From positions 20,501-84,500 of the forward strand of contig JACQSY010000016.1 of the NCBI GenBank assembly GCA_016211085.1: a stretch of DNA of 64,000 bases, written 5' to 3'. The notes beneath the pieces are model-generated. The model worked only from the letters and a program-made list of their open reading frames with translations. It had not been told where the DNA came from and did not search any database. A program made the position numbers and the translations under genes. The stretch is from Acidobacteriota bacterium. GTDB lineage: Bacteria; Acidobacteriota; UBA6911; RPQK01; JACQSY01. Of this stretch, positions 46,918 through 56,138 are shown piece after piece (position 1 is the first letter of the stretch; every line of letters starts with the position of its first letter).

Positions 46918-47045
46918 GTCGGTGGTGCTTCGCCGGTCTGCCGGAGCACCGTGCCTACGGCATCAGTGACGGCCGAGCCAAAGCTTACCTCGCCTACTCT
47001 CAAGCCGGAGAGATTCACCCGGACTCGGGTGTTGGCTGAGATCAT
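46839..47045 (-). CDS. hypothetical small protein (68 aa)
   Basis: The translation has protein-like composition (MISANTRVRVNLSGLRVGEVSFGSAVTDAVGTVLRQ...) but overlaps the MFS 3' end by 79 nt. Weak call. Confidence 0.3.
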   Translation of the reverse strand: MISANTRVRVNLSGLRVGEVSFGSAVTDAVGTVLRQTGEAPPTYLVKLLFSFKGVSQVEVPEERLKPL

Positions 47046-47158
47046 TGAGCCAGTATATACCTGCTTCTGCCCTGTGGCACCCGCTCTTCCCTGCCGACGG
47101 ATCTGGTTGCGGCTCGTCGCGCTCGCAATAAATGTGAACTTATTTTGGAGACGGGACG

Positions 47159-47713
47159 TTAAGGTATGGCGACCTTCACACCGTGCGAAATTAGAGGTAT
47201 GAGATGAGTCCCCACCAAAGTCACCGTGATCCGGTGATCACCGGAAGGCAGATTATGGAAGCTGAGGTAGGTGGCTGCGGTTGCTATGCCTGGCCCATCG
47301 TCAATGCGGTAACTCAGGTACGCCTGTTTTTCCGTAGTTCCATTGCCACCATCTCCCAGGTGACTAGGTTCGACCAGGCGCACCCCGTGAACCTTGACGT
47401 TCACGGTGGCGCTTCTTGCCAGTGCCTTTGCAGGTGGAACCAATTCTGCTTCAAGCTGGGGAACCGGGTTGCTTGCGGAAACAATGGTGGTTTGTTGAGG
47501 TGGCTTGGCCTGCCACAAGTTGACACCAAACAGAAGGCTGCAGAAGACAGAAACGGCCACAAAAATCCTGAAATTGGATACTCCCACTTCAAATCTCCTC
47601 CAAAAAGAGTGCAGCAATTGCCGTGCCAGCGAATTTTCTACAAGAGCGTCGCCTGAGCAGGCAGACTGGACTGGCGCGCGAGTCAAAAGTATGAAGTGAA
47701 GTGCGAACTGCAA
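47159..47713 (-). CDS. hypothetical membrane-anchored protein
   Basis: One TM helix (FRIFVAVSVFCSLLFGV), then a beta-rich domain. Start uncertain. Confidence 0.45.
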   Translation of the reverse strand: MQFALHFILLTRAPVQSACSGDALVENSLARQLLHSFWRRFEVGVSNFRIFVAVSVFCSLLFGVNLWQAKPPQQTTIVSASNPVPQLEAELVPPAKALARSATVNVKVHGVRLVEPSHLGDGGNGTTEKQAYLSYRIDDGPGIATAATYLSFHNLPSGDHRITVTLVGTHLIPLISHGVKVAIP

Positions 47714-47772
47714 TTCAGTGCGGAAATTCCTGAAGAACAGCCTTTCGGGTCAACCGGGATTTTCTTCCGACT

Positions 47773-49833
47773 TCAAGAGGCAAGGGAATCGAGTTTTTCC
47801 GACAGTTCTTCGGGTGTATACACAGGCTGATGGCACACGAAATCTTTGCAAACATAGCAAGCAGAATGATTATCGGCGACATCCCGATTTTCAAGCAGTG
47901 CCAGCCCGGCGGGTTGGGCGGGAGGTTTTGCGGCAACGACTTTTCGCGGCAGGAAATGGTGGCGAAGAACGCTTAAGAACTTCTCCTGATTGGCTGGGCT
48001 GGCGATCAAGGCTATTTCCGATACGGGTCCCAGAGAAAAGTCCAGCGCACAAAGCTGGTAGCCGAAAACCACCGGCAGTTGCTTCAGCATCTGCGCTGCT
48101 CGTTCGAGTACTTGTGAGCCATATTCCCGAAAGCGCCGATCGCCAGTCAAGTGCCAGAGCTTCAGCAAAGCCGCCGCCGCCATGGAATTTCCGGAAGGGG
48201 TGGCGTTATCATAAAAATCCTTGTGACGAATGACTAGTTTTTCATGGGAGGCGCCGGTGAAGAAAAAACCCCCGTCTTGGGTATCCCAGAATTCCTCAAT
48301 CATGAGGTTGGCGAGTCTGGCGGCTTCATTCGCCCACTTTTCCTCAAACGAAGCCTCGTAAAGCGCAATCAAACCTTCAATGAGATTTGCGTAGTCTTCC
48401 AGATACCCGTTGAGTTTGGCCTGTCCGTCACGCCAGGTGCGGAGCATCCGTCCGTCGCGTTGCAAGTTTTCTAAAAGAAAAGCCGCATTTTTTTGAGCTG
48501 CGCTCAGGTATTCCGGGGTGCGCAGCACGTTATATGCCTGGGCGAATGAAGTAAGCATGAGGCCGTTCCAGGCAGTAAGAACTTTCGTGTCGGTTTGCGG
48601 GTGAATCCTTTTTTCACGCTCGTAGAAGAGTTTTTGGCGGGCGGCATGCAGCATTTTTGCGGCATCGGCCTCTGCAAAGCCGAATTGCCGTGCCAGTTTT
48701 TCGAGGGGGGTGACCACATGGAGGATATTTTTCCCTTCAAAATTGCCTGAAGAGGAGACACCGTAGGAGCGTGTAAAGAGTGGAGATATTTCTTTGCCGA
48801 GAATTTCCTCTATCTCGTCCGCCTCCCACACGAAGAACTTCCCTTCCTCTCCCTCGCTATCAGCATCTTGTGCGGAATAAAAACCTCCTTGGGGGTGAGT
48901 CATTTCCCGAAGCACATAGCCCAGCGTTTCCTCAACGATGCGACGATAACAGGCCCGATGTGTGAGCTGGTAAGCCTCCAGATAGACACGTACAAGCAGC
49001 GCGTTGTCATAGAGCATCTTTTCAAAGTGGGGCACCAGCCACTGAGCGTCCACCGAGTAGCGATGGAAGCCGCCGCCGATTTGATCGCAGATTCCTCCGG
49101 CAGCCATCTTTTGCAGCGTGTGCTCGACCATGTGAAGGGCCCGGCTGGCGGGCTTTCTCAAGTGGTATCGGAGCAGGAACATCAAGGTCATGGAGGGCGG
49201 GAATTTGGGTGCATTGCCGAAACCTCCGTGAGTGGGGTCGAAACGCTCCTGAAAGCCGTCGGCCGCGTTGTCCAGCAGGTCCAAGCTCAGCGGGATCCGG
49301 GAAGAAGGGATTTCGGAAAGGCGCTGGAGCTGGCGGACGATTTCATCGTTGCTCCGCAGCAGTTCTTCGCGACGGTGTTCATAGTAATGCGCAATACTTT
49401 CGAGGACACGGCGAAATCCAGGGCGGCCGTAATAATCAGAAGGAGGAAAATAAGTCCCCCCAAAAAAAGGAACTCCTTCCGGCGTCAAGAATACCGACAT
49501 GGGCCATCCGCCGCTTCCGGTCGTCATCTGAACAAAATTCATGTAGATAGCGTCGACGTCGGGGCGCTCCTCGCGATCCACTTTGACACTTACAAAGTGC
49601 TCATTGAGGATCTGTGCAATTTCGCTGCTTTCAAAGCTCTCATGCTCCATCACATGGCACCAATGGCACGCTGAATAGCCGATGCTTAAGAAGATGGGCT
49701 TGTCTTCCTCGCGTGCTCGCCGGAAAGCCTCCTCGCCCCATGGGTACCAATCGACGGGATTGTGGGCGTGCTGAAGCAGATAAGGACTGGTTTCCGCGAT
49801 TAAACGATTGGTGTATTGTTCCTTTGACATCAA
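47773..49833 (-). CDS. thioredoxin-domain protein, YyaL/DUF255 family (N-terminal Trx fold + (alpha/alpha)6 domain)
   Basis: 686 aa. [22 protein letters not shown]...[13 protein letters not shown] is the DUF255 hallmark. Confidence 0.88.
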   Translation of the reverse strand: MMSKEQYTNRLIAETSPYLLQHAHNPVDWYPWGEEAFRRAREEDKPIFLSIGYSACHWCHVMEHESFESSEIAQILNEHFVSVKVDREERPDVDAIYMNFVQMTTGSGGWPMSVFLTPEGVPFFGGTYFPPSDYYGRPGFRRVLESIAHYYEHRREELLRSNDEIVRQLQRLSEIPSSRIPLSLDLLDNAADGFQERFDPTHGGFGNAPKFPPSMTLMFLLRYHLRKPASRALHMVEHTLQKMAAGGICDQIGGGFHRYSVDAQWLVPHFEKMLYDNALLVRVYLEAYQLTHRACYRRIVEETLGYVLREMTHPQGGFYSAQDADSEGEEGKFFVWEADEIEEILGKEISPLFTRSYGVSSSGNFEGKNILHVVTPLEKLARQFGFAEADAAKMLHAARQKLFYEREKRIHPQTDTKVLTAWNGLMLTSFAQAYNVLRTPEYLSAAQKNAAFLLENLQRDGRMLRTWRDGQAKLNGYLEDYANLIEGLIALYEASFEEKWANEAARLANLMIEEFWDTQDGGFFFTGASHEKLVIRHKDFYDNATPSGNSMAAAALLKLWHLTGDRRFREYGSQVLERAAQMLKQLPVVFGYQLCALDFSLGPVSEIALIASPANQEKFLSVLRHHFLPRKVVAAKPPAQPAGLALLENRDVADNHSACYVCKDFVCHQPVYTPEELSEKLDSLAS

Positions 49834-49863
49834 TGCCCGGTCCTTGACTTCAATGAATCATCG

Positions 49864-51993
49864 TCAACTTTCCTGTACCACCTCTTCCAATGTTCTTTTC
49901 GGCCGGTAGAACCGATCCACGTACTCCTTAAGCATGCGGCGAGCCGAGAACGGAGCAGCGGATCGCATCGCCTCTTTCATGACGCGAACCCAGTCTCGCG
50001 GAATCCCCCCGGCATCCCTCTTGTAGAAAAGAGGGACGATTTCATACTCAAGCAAGTCATACAGATTCTCCGCGACGGCACGATCGTCATCTGAATCGGA
50101 TTCGATGGTCCAGCCGTTGTTCCCATTGTATCCTTCGGCCCACCATCCGTCGGAGACGCTCAAATTGGGGACACCGTTGAATGCAGCCTTTTGGCCGCTG
50201 GTGCCACTCGCTTCCAACGGAGGCCGCGGGGTGTTCAGCCACACGTCCACGCCGCACACCATCCGGTAAGCTACCTGCTTATCGTAGTCTTCGATAAAGG
50301 CAAGATGGCCTCCCAGTTCTGGGGAGGAACAGGCCTGGTAAATCTGTTGCAGGTAAAGTTTGCCGGGTTCATCTGCAGGATGGGCTTTCCCTGCGAAAAT
50401 AATCTGCACAGGCATCCAGGGATTTTGCAGAATCCGCTTAAGCCGTTCCCGATCCTGCAAAACCAGCGTGGCCCTCTTGTAGGTGGCAAAACGTCGTGCA
50501 AAACCGATGGTGAGGGCATGCGGATTCAACAGGCCTCCCAGGGCCACCACCTGGCTTGCGGCGATGCGGTCCTCCACCCAGCGCCGCCGCGCCCGCTCCC
50601 GGACAAAGCTGAGCAGTTTGTTTTTCAAGAGAAAATGAATTGCCCAAAGCACATCGTCGGGAATTTCCAGGACACGGTTCCATATTTCAGTGGAATCCTG
50701 ATTTTCCACCCAGTCCGCACCTACATAGCGGGCAATCTCCGGAAGCAGTTCAAGAGCAATCCAGCTGGGCGCGTGGACTCCATTGGTCACAGAGTCAATA
50801 GGGACTTCGTCAAGTGATTTGTGGGGCCATAGAAAATGCCACATGGTACGCGTAGTTTCGCCGTGGCGCCGGCTCACGGCATTGGTTTGCGCGCTCAAAC
50901 GAAACGCCAGGATGGTCATGCTGAAAAACCCAGGCTCTGGAGAGGCGCCCAGATTGAGAAATTCTTCCCGGCTCAGCCCCAGCCGGTTCCAAAATCCCGG
51001 CAGGTACTCTTCGATCAACGAAAAAGAAAAAACGTCATGTCCTGCGTTGACGGGAGTGTGGGTGGTAAAGAGCATTTGTGAACGGACTTCGCTGAAAGCC
51101 TGCTCAAAGCTTTTCCCTTGTTGGATCTTTTCCCTGAGAAATTCAAGACCGGCAAATGCGGCATGCCCTTCGTTCAGATGGGCCAGCGAAGGGCTATAGC
51201 CCAGGGCGCGTAAAACGCGAACGCCTCCGATTCCCAAAAGAATCTCCTGCTGCAAGCGCATGCGCTGGTCGCCGCCATAGAGCTGGGCCGAGAGATTGCG
51301 GATCGCCGGCTCGTTCTCGAGAATGTCGGTTTCCATCAGGTAGGTGGGGACCCGGCCCACCTGGACCTTCCATATGGCGGCTTTGACTTCCTGTGTGCCG
51401 ATCTGCATCGATACCAACAAACGTTCGCCGTTCTCGTGATAGAGGGGGAGAACCGGAGTATCAAAAGCGTTCAGGCGCTCATTAACCGCTTCCTGCTGTC
51501 CATCGACGCCCACATGTTGATGGAAGTATCCCTGAGGGTAGAGAAAGCCGATCGCCACCATGGGAATCCCCAGATCGCTTGCTTCCTTACAGGTATCCCC
51601 TGCCAGGAGGCCGAGGCCTCCCGAATAAATGGGCAGGGAGCTGTGTACTCCAAATTCAGCGCAAAAATAGGCCAGTTGCCAGTCGCTGCAATCGGGATAA
51701 GTGCGCGAGAACCAGGTTTCCTGTGGGGCCATGTATTGATCGAACTGAGCCAGGACCAAATCGTAGAGTTCCATAAGCTGGGTTTGCTCGGCGCGCTCAG
51801 CCAAAACCTCCGGACTCATCAGTTTCAACATTTGAATCGGGTTGTGGTGGGTTCTTCGCCAGAGGGTCCGATCTATTTCCCGAAACAGCGATCTTGCTTC
51901 GGCATTCCAGCTCCACCAGAGGTTGTAGGCAAGTTCGCCCAGACGTCCGAATCGTTTGGGCAGATAAGGAAAAGTGGGGATTTCAACCTTCAT
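49864..51993 (-). CDS. glgP: alpha-glucan family phosphorylase (GT35)
   Basis: 709 aa. LAYFCAEFG, GGLGLLAGD and the PLP-lysine block EASGTSGQKAAFNG. Confidence 0.9.
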   Translation of the reverse strand: MKVEIPTFPYLPKRFGRLGELAYNLWWSWNAEARSLFREIDRTLWRRTHHNPIQMLKLMSPEVLAERAEQTQLMELYDLVLAQFDQYMAPQETWFSRTYPDCSDWQLAYFCAEFGVHSSLPIYSGGLGLLAGDTCKEASDLGIPMVAIGFLYPQGYFHQHVGVDGQQEAVNERLNAFDTPVLPLYHENGERLLVSMQIGTQEVKAAIWKVQVGRVPTYLMETDILENEPAIRNLSAQLYGGDQRMRLQQEILLGIGGVRVLRALGYSPSLAHLNEGHAAFAGLEFLREKIQQGKSFEQAFSEVRSQMLFTTHTPVNAGHDVFSFSLIEEYLPGFWNRLGLSREEFLNLGASPEPGFFSMTILAFRLSAQTNAVSRRHGETTRTMWHFLWPHKSLDEVPIDSVTNGVHAPSWIALELLPEIARYVGADWVENQDSTEIWNRVLEIPDDVLWAIHFLLKNKLLSFVRERARRRWVEDRIAASQVVALGGLLNPHALTIGFARRFATYKRATLVLQDRERLKRILQNPWMPVQIIFAGKAHPADEPGKLYLQQIYQACSSPELGGHLAFIEDYDKQVAYRMVCGVDVWLNTPRPPLEASGTSGQKAAFNGVPNLSVSDGWWAEGYNGNNGWTIESDSDDDRAVAENLYDLLEYEIVPLFYKRDAGGIPRDWVRVMKEAMRSAAPFSARRMLKEYVDRFYRPKRTLEEVVQES

Positions 51994-52072
51994 TGTTTTG
52001 CAGTTTCATTGTGTCTGAAATTGAGTATGGATCTGGGGATGTTCCGGCTCAGGCGCACTACACCGCCCTTTG

Positions 52073-52363
52073 CTAATCCAAATCCCAGGGCCGGGAGGGT
52101 TCGTCCAGTTCGTCCTTCGACTTGAGCGCTTCGCGGAATTTTTCTTCCAGGTTGCTCTGCCGCTTTTTTTCCTCCTGGAAAGCCTTGTCAAACAGCTCAT
52201 CAGCCTTTGCCTTGCGCTCCTGGACCTGCTCGAGTGCTTTTTCAAAGGAATAACCCGATTTCTTATCTTCGGAATGCAGCACCAGTCCCGTCCTGGGATC
52301 CACGGTCAGGATAGATTGACAGGACGGGCACACAATTTCGAGCCTTTGGGGTAATTTGACCAT
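52073..52363 (-). CDS. hypothetical zinc-ribbon/coiled-coil protein
   Basis: 96 aa. It contains one CxxC pair (CPSCQ) near the N-terminus, then a charged helical tail. Confidence 0.55.
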   Translation of the reverse strand: MVKLPQRLEIVCPSCQSILTVDPRTGLVLHSEDKKSGYSFEKALEQVQERKAKADELFDKAFQEEKKRQSNLEEKFREALKSKDELDEPSRPWDLD

Positions 52364-52408
52364 GCTATTATATTAACGAATCTGAAGAGAAACGGGAACA
52401 TTGGGGTA

Positions 52409-53845
52409 CTAAGGGAAAATGCCGAGTTCACGATATGCCGTGGCGATCTTGTCGATGGCCACGATGTAGGCTGCCGTGCGAAGGCTGGGCAGGCGGCGTC
52501 TTCTTTTAAAGACCATCCGTATCTGTTCGTATGCGTCCACCATGGTACCCTCCAGACCTGAATTCACCAGTTCGATCTCGTCGGCTCCATGAACCAGGAC
52601 CTGTTGGGTGCGATGAGGAATTTGTGAACCGGTGGTGGTTTCCAAGAATTCCACAATTTCCTGGCCACGCATTCTCTCCAGGCGGTGTTGAAGACGCCCA
52701 TAACGCATATGCGCCAGGTTCTTACTCCACTCGAAATACGAGACGGTTACGCCTCCGGCGTTCAAGTAAATGTCGGGTATGATTGCGACGCCTTTTTTCA
52801 GGAGGATTTTCTCGGCCTCCCGGCTGACCGGGCCATTGGCAGCTTCTGCAACAATGCGGGCGCGGACCCGGTTTGCGTTGGCTGCGGTAATTTGGTTTTC
52901 AAGCGCTGCCGGGATCAGGATATCGCAGTCTACTTCCAGAGCCGCCTTGGGGTCGGCGACAGTCTGAGCGCCTGGGAAATCTCGGATGGATCCAGTTTCA
53001 TTGCGGTGTCGTGCGAGCGCCTCAATGTCAATTCCCTCCGGTTTGATGATCGCGCCATCCCGTTCGCTCAGTGCCACAATCCGGCAGTCGTCCTCCTGAG
53101 ACAAAAAGCGGGCGCAATGGGCTCCCACGTTCCCGAAGCCTTGCAATGAAACGCGCTTTCCCTCTAGCCCGGGACTGAGACCCAGGGTTTTTATGTCCTC
53201 GGTGTAATAAAAAAAGTGACGGATGCCGTACTGAACTCCGCGACCGGTAGCTTCTTTACGGCCGCGAATGCCTCCTTGTGTGACCGGTTTTCCCGTGACA
53301 CAGGCCAGATTGTCGATCCCTCCGGGGTAAAAGGCATCGTAAGTGTCAAAAATCCACGCCATCTCCCGCTCGCCGGTGCCCATATCGGGTGCTGGAACGT
53401 TGATGCCGGGACCGATAAATCCTTTGCGGATCAATTCTGCAGTGTATCGGCGGGTGATCTTTTCAAGCTCCGTGTCGTTGTACGTGGCAGGATCGAGGGC
53501 AACGCCGCCTTTGGATCCGCCAAAGGGAACATCCACAATGGCGCACTTGTAAGTCATCAGCGCGGCCAGCGCGATGATTTCGCTCTGATCCACCATCGGG
53601 TTGAAGCGAATGCCGCCTTTAAGCGGCTTTCGATGGTGGGAGTGCTCAGCGCGCCACCCCTGGAAAATGTGGTAGCGATTCCCAAAGCGGACAGGAAAAT
53701 TCACCGCAAAAACGTTATCGCAGCACTTGATCTCTTCCAGCAGGCCGCGAGGGTAGTTCAAGAAAGCGGCTGCTTCGTCAAATTGAGCTGAAACAATATT
53801 GTTCAGGTCGAGGTCTTCCAGCTTGGAGAGGCGTCGTCGAGGCAT
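52409..53845 (-). CDS. Glu/Leu/Phe/Val dehydrogenase family enzyme (probably glutamate dehydrogenase)
   Basis: KGGIRF, GGSKGG and the NAD(P) fold LQGFGNVG. Start at the internal ATG 53845 (MPRRRLSKLEDL). Confidence 0.9.
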   Translation of the reverse strand: MPRRRLSKLEDLDLNNIVSAQFDEAAAFLNYPRGLLEEIKCCDNVFAVNFPVRFGNRYHIFQGWRAEHSHHRKPLKGGIRFNPMVDQSEIIALAALMTYKCAIVDVPFGGSKGGVALDPATYNDTELEKITRRYTAELIRKGFIGPGINVPAPDMGTGEREMAWIFDTYDAFYPGGIDNLACVTGKPVTQGGIRGRKEATGRGVQYGIRHFFYYTEDIKTLGLSPGLEGKRVSLQGFGNVGAHCARFLSQEDDCRIVALSERDGAIIKPEGIDIEALARHRNETGSIRDFPGAQTVADPKAALEVDCDILIPAALENQITAANANRVRARIVAEAANGPVSREAEKILLKKGVAIIPDIYLNAGGVTVSYFEWSKNLAHMRYGRLQHRLERMRGQEIVEFLETTTGSQIPHRTQQVLVHGADEIELVNSGLEGTMVDAYEQIRMVFKRRRRLPSLRTAAYIVAIDKIATAYRELGIFP

Positions 53846-53889
53846 GAAAGCGATTCTACTATAATAGCCGGCGGAGGATAGAAAACCTG

Positions 53890-54744
53890 ATGGCTCAAAC
53901 CCTTGTGCCGGCACAACGCGTTTCTCTGTTCAGGATTCGCGCAAAACTCCTGTACGACGCATGGCTCTACGTTTTTGACCGTGACGCCACCATTCTTATC
54001 TCCTCGATTTCCTTCAGTTTTTTGCTGTCGGTTTTTCCTTTTATTGTCCTGGTCCTGACACTGGCGAGCTACCTGGGATGGGGAGAGCTAAGAGACACCA
54101 TTTTCGAAGCGCTTCGTAGCTTCTTCCCGATAGCACAGGATTTTATTGTTCGTAATTTGCGTATCTACACCCTGACTCTTGGACAATTGCACGTGGTCTC
54201 GTTTGTTTTACTGGCATGGTCAGGGGCCGCCTTCTTTTTTGCGCTTGAGGCGGGACTTGATTCTGCCTACCGGGTTCCGAAGTACCGCCACTTTGTGCTC
54301 AGCAATCTCCTGGGCACTGCGATGGCGATTTTTTTTGGAATGGTGTCGTCTTTTTTTATTGTGTTGCTGCGCGCGGAAGCGACAGTCAGTTCCTGGGTGA
54401 TGCCGTTGGAGCTGGCGCGATCGGTCCTGGCGTATCTTTTCCATTTCATCCTGTCGGTTGCCTTAACGGTGCTGTTGTTTTTTGGTGTTTATTATTTCCT
54501 GCCTAACCGCCCCAGAAGCTTTCAGAAAGTAGTGCCGGAAGTGCTCTTTGCATCTGTGCTCTGGATGGTTTCCAATCTGATTTTCAAGTTATTGGCGCCA
54601 AGCTGGTCTCTTCAAAATATTTACGGTCCTTTTTACATTTCCGTGACGCTGTTGATGTGGGCTTACTTGTTTGGTTGTATCGTGCTGGCCACGGCCCGGC
54701 TTTCTGAGGCAGGCTTCTTTAAGCCCCGGTCTGAAGCTCAATAG
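53890..54744 (+). CDS. YihY/BrkB family membrane protein
   Basis: 284 aa, ~6 TM helices. N-terminal block DATILISSISFSFLLSVFPF. Confidence 0.8.
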   Translation: MAQTLVPAQRVSLFRIRAKLLYDAWLYVFDRDATILISSISFSFLLSVFPFIVLVLTLASYLGWGELRDTIFEALRSFFPIAQDFIVRNLRIYTLTLGQLHVVSFVLLAWSGAAFFFALEAGLDSAYRVPKYRHFVLSNLLGTAMAIFFGMVSSFFIVLLRAEATVSSWVMPLELARSVLAYLFHFILSVALTVLLFFGVYYFLPNRPRSFQKVVPEVLFASVLWMVSNLIFKLLAPSWSLQNIYGPFYISVTLLMWAYLFGCIVLATARLSEAGFFKPRSEAQ

Positions 54745-54775
54745 CGCGTTTCGGCATGGTCGCGGCGCAAAATAA

Positions 54776-55069
54776 TTGAGAATGAGTAACTATCAACGCT
54801 TGGTTGACGCTCTCATCTCCCGGTGGCAAAGTAAGTTCCTAAACGAGAGGACACGGGCCGAGCTGGAGAAAGAGTTGCTCCACAATGTCCGCCAGGCAGC
54901 TGCGCAAATAAGCGATCCCGCTGACTTCCTGGACTGGATTCGCAAACACAAGACGTATCGTTTCTTGGTACATGAAGCCCAGGCGGAGGGGCTGTGTTCC
55001 AAGCCGCGCGAGCTGAGCGCGTACATTCTGGAGCGGATTTTGCGCGAGCAGTGGGAAGAGTATGGCTAA
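54776..55069 (+). CDS. hypothetical protein
   Basis: 97 aa, helical. Overlaps the yajQ start by 8 nt. No domain recognised. Confidence 0.45.
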   Translation: MRMSNYQRLVDALISRWQSKFLNERTRAELEKELLHNVRQAAAQISDPADFLDWIRKHKTYRFLVHEAQAEGLCSKPRELSAYILERILREQWEEYG

Positions 55070-55559
55070 GGAAAATTCATTCGACATCACCTCCAAGACG
55101 GATCTGAACGAGGTCATGAACGCGGTGAACCAGACCACCAAAGAGGTAAAGCAGCGTTTCGACTTTAAGGGAAGCCGCAGTGATCTGCGCTGCGAAGAAA
55201 ATGACCTGGTTCTGATCTCGGATGACGAGTACAAGCTGAAGAGTTTAATAGAAATTCTGGAGCAAAAGCTGGTGAAACGCGGTGTGTCGTTGAAGGCGCT
55301 CACTTTTCAGAAGATTGAGCCGGCGGCTGGAGGAACGGTTCGGCAGCGCGTCTCCATTCAGCAGGGGATACCAGCGGAGAAGGCTAAAGAAATCGTGCGC
55401 TATATTAAAGACAGCAAACTGAAGGTGCAGGCTTCTATCCAGGGAGATATCGTTCGAGTCTCCGGACGTGACCGGGACATACTCCAACAAGTTATTGCTC
55501 TCTTAAAGCAGCGCGACTTTGCTATCGACATGCAATTTACCAACTACCGTAGCATTTGA
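55062..55559 (+). CDS. yajQ: YajQ family nucleotide (c-di-GMP)-binding protein
   Basis: 165 aa. MAKENSFDITSKTDLNEVMNAVNQTTKEVKQRFDFKGS is the YajQ/UPF0234 start. Confidence 0.9.
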   Translation: MAKENSFDITSKTDLNEVMNAVNQTTKEVKQRFDFKGSRSDLRCEENDLVLISDDEYKLKSLIEILEQKLVKRGVSLKALTFQKIEPAAGGTVRQRVSIQQGIPAEKAKEIVRYIKDSKLKVQASIQGDIVRVSGRDRDILQQVIALLKQRDFAIDMQFTNYRSI

Positions 55560-55599
55560 CGGCCGGAACCAATAGTGTGCGTTCCTCAGAAGCGGATCT

Positions 55600-55944
55600 T
55601 TAGGGCATGAGCTTCTTGATGTCTTCAATAAGGCGTTCGCACTCGCGTGCGAGCTTCGGGGTGTCGGCTTCCAGGATGAATGGATTGTTGAGCCGCTGGT
55701 GAAGCTTGGAGGAAGTCTGGATCAGGAGTTCCACCTTGTCGCGCAGTTGGTGATTTTTTTCTTCCTCTTGAACTTTTCTCTGCAATTCAAGGCGGGCTTG
55801 CTCCAAGGTCGAGAATTTTTCCGGACCCCTGCTCAGTTTGAGCTGCTGTTGGGACAGGTCAATCGGATCCCGGCCCAATCCGGGGTCCACGGCCGGCAAC
55901 CCTGCAAGAAGCACCAGGACGAACAAACAGGCTCGCGTTTTCAT
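55600..55944 (-). CDS. hypothetical secreted coiled-coil protein
   Basis: 114 aa. Signal peptide MKTRACLFVLVLLAGLPA, then charged helices. Confidence 0.5.
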   Translation of the reverse strand: MKTRACLFVLVLLAGLPAVDPGLGRDPIDLSQQQLKLSRGPEKFSTLEQARLELQRKVQEEEKNHQLRDKVELLIQTSSKLHQRLNNPFILEADTPKLARECERLIEDIKKLMP

Positions 55945-55964
55945 GACACCCTCCTCTTCGGCCT

Positions 55965-55984
55965 TTAGTGTCTGCTGACACTAA
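55965..55984. promoter_or_regulatory. perfect palindrome TTAGTGTC-TGCT-GACACTAA (candidate operator)
   Basis: 8+8 perfect arms around a 4-nt centre, in the divergent intergenic region. It lies 21 nt from ATG 55944 (minus-strand gene) and 155 nt from ATG 56139 (Nramp-like gene). Confidence 0.35.
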
Positions 55985-56138
55985 CCCTGCGTTCGCAACA
56001 TTCATGCCATTGAAGCTGAGGCGGATTTTCTTTGCCTTGCGCCACCTTGGGGACGAGTACCAGTCAGAGAGGGAAGTGGCAGGGGAAAATTTCCCTTTTT
56101 TGAATTTGAGTTTGACTATTTCCAAAGGAATCGGAACC

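Noticed and set aside
56041-56138. A possible yybP-ykoY (Mn) riboswitch or attenuator in the Nramp-like leader: CCTTGGGGACGAGTACC, a GGGAA-AAT-TTCCC mini-hairpin with a T6 run at 56083-56101, and TTTGAC...CCAAAGG.
   Set aside because: The invariant GGGGAGUAG block is interrupted, the 3' conserved elements are out of order, the hairpin has only 5 bp, and the transporter lacks the Mn site. This is not enough for a call without a covariance-model search.
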